This document shows positions 23,663 to 27,811 of a stretch of 27,811 bases of DNA, in pieces (the stretch's first letter is position 1; every line of letters starts with the position of its first letter). Below the pieces are notes generated by a model. It was not told where the DNA came from and ran no database searches. It was given only the letters and a program-made list of their open reading frames with translations. Source of the stretch: a virus (lineage: Duplodnaviria > Caudoviricetes); the IMG/VR virus record IMGVR_UViG_3300033076_001166, positions 1 through 27,811 of that record. The stretch is one strand, 5' to 3'. The translations under genes and the position numbers were made by a program.

Positions 23663-26600
23663 TTATTCTACTTCCAAAATTGGTTCACTTGCATCTCTAC
23701 CTGCTTTATTTACTCTTAAAGTATTAGGATTAGTAGTAAATGTTTCTACCGGAGGTGTACCATCTAAAGTAGTTGCTGCAGTATTTTTAGAACCTCTAAA
23801 GAAAGAATTTTCTAATCCTCTTGTCAAATCGGATGTATTTCTAAAGTGAGTTGGTAAGTATCCACTAACAGGTTTAACTTCTACAATCTTTCCTCCAATA
23901 GTTGGAATTGATGATATATCTCCATTTGAGCCAGTAAATGGTTGGATATTTACATAAGTATCATAATATGTTTCAGTACCAAAAGCTGTATATAATCTAT
24001 TTTCCGAACTACCTGTTAAATATGTAAACTCCCTAGTCTTTTCTTCTTTTACTAAACTTATTTTAACTCTTTCCTTAACTCTTCTACCATCTTTATCGAA
24101 ATATGTTCTAATAGCAGAACCACTTTGTGCATAAATACCAAATCCATATTTTTCAAAATCAGATTGACCAACTACTATATTTGAATTTATAATATCAATT
24201 TCGGTTAATATAGTAGGATTTCCTAAATCAGCATCAATTGTTGTTTGATTTTGGTAGTTTTCGGAAGTTAACAAAGTATCTGCCGAATTTATCGTACTAT
24301 CGTATTGGTAATTATTACCCAATAGGTTTTCCGCTAAATTAGCATCAATATTACTTTCTTTTTGATTGTTTTCACCATTTAATACATAATCAGATTGAGT
24401 ATTTAATACTACTTCTTTTTGAATATTATCAGAAGTAATAACTAAATCATTTCTACTATCAATTTCCGTATCAAATAAATTTGATTCACCTGATGGTTTT
24501 TTGTGTTTATATTTATTTCTTTCTAAGAAATGTGGTTCAATTAACAAACCAGTAGTTGCTTTAACTCTCGCTGGCAACATCTTCTTAATATCTTCAAACA
24601 TTGATTTCTCATAAAGTTTGATTAAGTTGATGTATTGGTATATGTCTCTACCATCAAATCTTTGGAAATAGTATTTTCTTAAACTATCTAAACGATTGTA
24701 GTTATCTTTATATCTATCCGATGGGTCTCCGATATAATTATCTAAATTAATTCCACCCAAAGATTTGGCAATATCGATGTTCAACTCTTTTGTAGGAGAG
24801 AAGAATAAACCAACCCTATTTGAATCGGTTGGAGATTGGTCGAATGCTTTTTTAGTTGCTCTACTTTTTGATGAAAGGCTTCCAACTAATTCTTGAGATT
24901 CAAATCTAACTTTATTTGTAGAATAACGAGATGCACCACCATCAGGTACTTCCAATACAACACTTCTATCTATCGCTTCAAATTGATATGGATATGTTGT
25001 GATGTTATTAAATCCACTAGCAGTTGCTGTAAATGATGCGGATGGATTAAGAGAATATAATGTTGTAGCATTTCCATCTTCATAATCATTTCTTACAAAT
25101 GAAGCTGAGAAATATATGTTAGTATCTACATTTGGCAATGATGTATATGTATTTAGATTTTTAGGATACTCAAAATCCAATCTAAAAAATAAATCATCCG
25201 TTGATGCTGATACATGGTTACCATTAATCATTTCAGGAAACGATACATGCTGATAGAATATATTTGAATCCAATGGAGTACTCCACATACGGAATTCATC
25301 TACACTACCTACAAAATTATTTCCTAATTTTATTTTAGAACCATTATTCCAATTACTATTGGTAGCTAATACACTAGCTGAATTTGATTGTTGGAATATC
25401 GTTTGTTCCTTATCGGATTGTCTTATATTCAATTCAAAATTATGGTAACTACCACTAATTGTTCTACTAGCTTCTATACCAAAAAACTTTTCATTGAAGA
25501 TTGGTAACTTAGAAGAACTAATGTTATTTGAACCAGAATAATTGAAAATAACATTACCATAATCAGAACCAATTGAACCGCTTAATGTAATATTCCATCC
25601 ACTTCCTGATATAATCTGATAGTTACCACTTGTTGATGGTTTTACAAAAAACTCTATTGTATCAGGTTTTCTATTTCTTTCAGTATTTTTCCAATCAAAT
25701 TCTATATTAGAACCCGATATCATAGTCAAAGCAGTTGTAATGTTATCCATTACTAATTTGCTTTTTGAATTAGTGTTATCTATTTCAGGTCCTCCAAATT
25801 CTAAAATTGAAAGATTTGATGAAGGAATTCCATAACAAGCCATTAATGCATATACACCTCGTCTTGTTCCCTTATGTTTTAATAAATAAGGTAAGTTATT
25901 TGCAATCCTTCTCCAAACTTCATATGTTCTAGCTTTAGCTGGATTTGTTTCCTTAACATTACCATCCGAATCAACTCCAAATACATAATTCCATAAATTG
26001 GAATCAGCTGCTAAATTTTTAGCATCCCAACTAAATGATTTTAATGTTTCAAATAATAGTTTATCTGAAATACCATCTTTAGCTTTGTATCCTAATCCTC
26101 TACTCTTCTCAATTGCTTTAGTATGAAAATATATGTTATCAAAATGCTGTCCAATCATTGAAAAGAATAATAATAAACTAGCATTTTCATCATTATTTAC
26201 AATATATTGAGGAATATTATTTTGAACCCAATTTAAATTTTGTGTATCAAAATCTTCTGCTAATTCTATAATAGTATTATACCATGTAGCAACTTCGTTC
26301 GAATTACTTAATCGTTTAGTAGTACTATTTTCATATGGCCAACTTAATGATGATGATGTGTATAAGAAATTTTCAAATCCATCGAATCCACCTAAAAGTT
26401 CTCTTTTCTTTGATGTAATTCTTTCAACTTGTCTAATGCCATCTGCTGAAGCTGTATATGCACCATCGCCAATCGAACCCGTTTGATATGCAGATTCTAA
26501 TGCCGTATCATATGCTTCTATCAATTGTACTTTATATACAAAATTATCTACTCTTTCTTTAGCTGAACTAAAATGTACAAAATTACCCCATTGTATAGAA

Positions 26601-27811
26601 CCACTTTCTAATACATCACCTATGCCATATTCTATATTTAAATCATCTGTATTTACTAACGAACCGCTTAAATATTTTTGTATAAGATTATTTGAAGAAG
26701 TAGAACCACTCAAAATTAAATTATCTAATGATTCATAGTTTGTAGATTGCCCACTAACAAAATCTATATCAATATTAAAATTAGGCCCCTTTAAAGGAGG
26801 ACATCCAACTTCATTTTGTTCTGTTAATATAATTGTTTCAATTAATGGATTAGTCATTAATTTTGTAATCCAAAAAGTTGAATTAGTAGTTATATTAGCA
26901 GGTAAAGGTGAATATAATTTTAATATAATAGATTCTACTTCATCTTCTTTTTTAACAATTTGATTCCCTAATTCATCTTGTGATTTTTTAGATAATGTCC
27001 AATTATCTTTTTCCCAAGAAGAAATTAAAATTTGTTCATTATTTCCAAAATTTACAAGATGTGTTAAATACTTACTTTCTTTTTCAGGTTCAATTACAGA
27101 TAGTTTTTCAGTAAATGCATCAAATATTGCTTTTCCGAAAATATCCTCATCCAACTGAATAGTAGGTAATATTAATTTAGTAACAACTTCATAATCGTTA
27201 CCAATCAATTCTTCAGCTCCACCTCTATTGTATGGTTTCAATACGATACTGATATTATCACTACCTGCCCAATTTGGATAAGCCTCTCTTAGTTTTTTAA
27301 GATTAATTTTTAAATTTCCGTTTGGAGATTGATTGTTAAATAAAGGTGTTAAACTTTTATCTTTTAATCTTAAAAATATATCAACCGAAGTTGCTGAAAA
27401 TGTTGAATACTTTAATTCATATTCAATATTGAAATCAGAAAAAGATGGAACATCTATTAAATCGGCATATGTTGTTTCTGTAATTGATGGATAATCATTT
27501 ACAGCCGTAAATGTTACTATTGTTTCAATTCTATTACCTGTACCATACCCATTACTTACAGGTACTAAAATTACTCTCTTTTGCCCATATACTTCTTGAT
27601 AATCTTTTTGAAAGTATATAGTAACTTGCTTATCAGAAGCTGGTACGCTTAATGTTTTATCAGCTGACAAATATACCAATACACTATCTGCATTTTGAGT
27701 AGAGAATGGTATTACAACACTTTTTTCGGTATCCGAATCTTTTACTCTAACATCAAATTGAGTATTATCTAATGTAATCGATGGTTCTGCAAACTTAATT
27801 ACTTTTTCGGC
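23663..27811 (-). CDS. Large baseplate wedge-like protein with a LamG-like domain; start lies outside the window
   Basis: The frame stays open from 27679 to the window edge (AEKVIKFAEPSITLDNTQFDVRV...), so the track's start is internal. LPYLLKHKGTRRGVYALMACYGI resembles the P2 gpI/baseplate wedge KGT motif. TIEFFVKP...FVGSVDEFRMWSTPL is LamG-like. Confidence 0.7.
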   Translation of the reverse strand, partial: AEKVIKFAEPSITLDNTQFDVRVKDSDTEKSVVIPFSTQNADSVLVYLSADKTLSVPASDKQVTIYFQKDYQEVYGQKRVILVPVSNGYGTGNRIETIVTFTAVNDYPSITETTYADLIDVPSFSDFNIEYELKYSTFSATSVDIFLRLKDKSLTPLFNNQSPNGNLKINLKKLREAYPNWAGSDNISIVLKPYNRGGAEELIGNDYEVVTKLILPTIQLDEDIFGKAIFDAFTEKLSVIEPEKESKYLTHLVNFGNNEQILISSWEKDNWTLSKKSQDELGNQIVKKEDEVESIILKLYSPLPANITTNSTFWITKLMTNPLIETIILTEQNEVGCPPLKGPNFNIDIDFVSGQSTNYESLDNLILSGSTSSNNLIQKYLSGSLVNTDDLNIEYGIGDVLESGSIQWGNFVHFSSAKERVDNFVYKVQLIEAYDTALESAYQTGSIGDGAYTASADGIRQVERITSKKRELLGGFDGFENFLYTSSSLSWPYENSTTKRLSNSNEVATWYNTIIELAEDFDTQNLNWVQNNIPQYIVNNDENASLLLFFSMIGQHFDNIYFHTKAIEKSRGLGYKAKDGISDKLLFETLKSFSWDAKNLAADSNLWNYVFGVDSDGNVKETNPAKARTYEVWRRIANNLPYLLKHKGTRRGVYALMACYGIPSSNLSILEFGGPEIDNTNSKSKLVMDNITTALTMISGSNIEFDWKNTERNRKPDTIEFFVKPSTSGNYQIISGSGWNITLSGSIGSDYGNVIFNYSGSNNISSSKLPIFNEKFFGIEASRTISGSYHNFELNIRQSDKEQTIFQQSNSASVLATNSNWNNGSKIKLGNNFVGSVDEFRMWSTPLDSNIFYQHVSFPEMINGNHVSASTDDLFFRLDFEYPKNLNTYTSLPNVDTNIYFSASFVRNDYEDGNATTLYSLNPSASFTATASGFNNITTYPYQFEAIDRSVVLEVPDGGASRYSTNKVRFESQELVGSLSSKSRATKKAFDQSPTDSNRVGLFFSPTKELNIDIAKSLGGINLDNYIGDPSDRYKDNYNRLDSLRKYYFQRFDGRDIYQYINLIKLYEKSMFEDIKKMLPARVKATTGLLIEPHFLERNKYKHKKPSGESNLFDTEIDSRNDLVITSDNIQKEVVLNTQSDYVLNGENNQKESNIDANLAENLLGNNYQYDSTINSADTLLTSENYQNQTTIDADLGNPTILTEIDIINSNIVVGQSDFEKYGFGIYAQSGSAIRTYFDKDGRRVKERVKISLVKEEKTREFTYLTGSSENRLYTAFGTETYYDTYVNIQPFTGSNGDISSIPTIGGKIVEVKPVSGYLPTHFRNTSDLTRGLENSFFRGSKNTAATTLDGTPPVETFTTNPNTLRVNKAGRDASEPILEVE

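Noticed and set aside
27677-27679. ORF-track start codon of the 1338-aa protein
   Set aside because: It is an internal TTG; the frame remains open to the window end.
1-27811. CRISPR arrays, tRNA/rRNA genes, transposases, DGR template/variable repeats
   Set aside because: None seen. Intergenic gaps are short and no long repeats were noticed by eye, although no computational scan was possible.

Overview
AT-rich segment of a large tailed phage genome, probably a contractile-tailed phage of Bacteroidota; two intergenic regions carry TTG/TTTG-N20-TAnnTTTG host-type promoters. Almost all genes are on the minus strand. In transcription order (right to left): a partial baseplate-wedge-like protein, three smaller baseplate/tail-collar-like proteins, a small hypothetical protein, a T7 endonuclease I-like resolvase, a primase, and a single-chain SbcD-SbcC (gp47-gp46) fusion. 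Next come a 59-aa plus-strand ribbon-helix-helix (RHH) gene missing from the ORF track and a tightly coupled four-gene module: a 2029-aa fibre with an S74 chaperone, a 1617-aa Ig/FN3-like protein ending in a Hint domain with a Hedgehog-like GG|C junction, a 145-aa apparently catalytically dead Hint paralog, and a GT7 glycosyltransferase with an inserted LamG domain. The window ends in a >927-aa multidomain protein also missing from the track (HxGH nucleotidyltransferase, Gly/Ala hydrophobic segment, HExxH zincin). The best candidate for an undescribed system is the Hint / pseudo-Hint / GT7 module, together with [S/T]-G-S enrichment in virion proteins, which suggests phage-directed virion processing and glycosylation. 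All domain calls are by-eye motif recognition; no searches were run.
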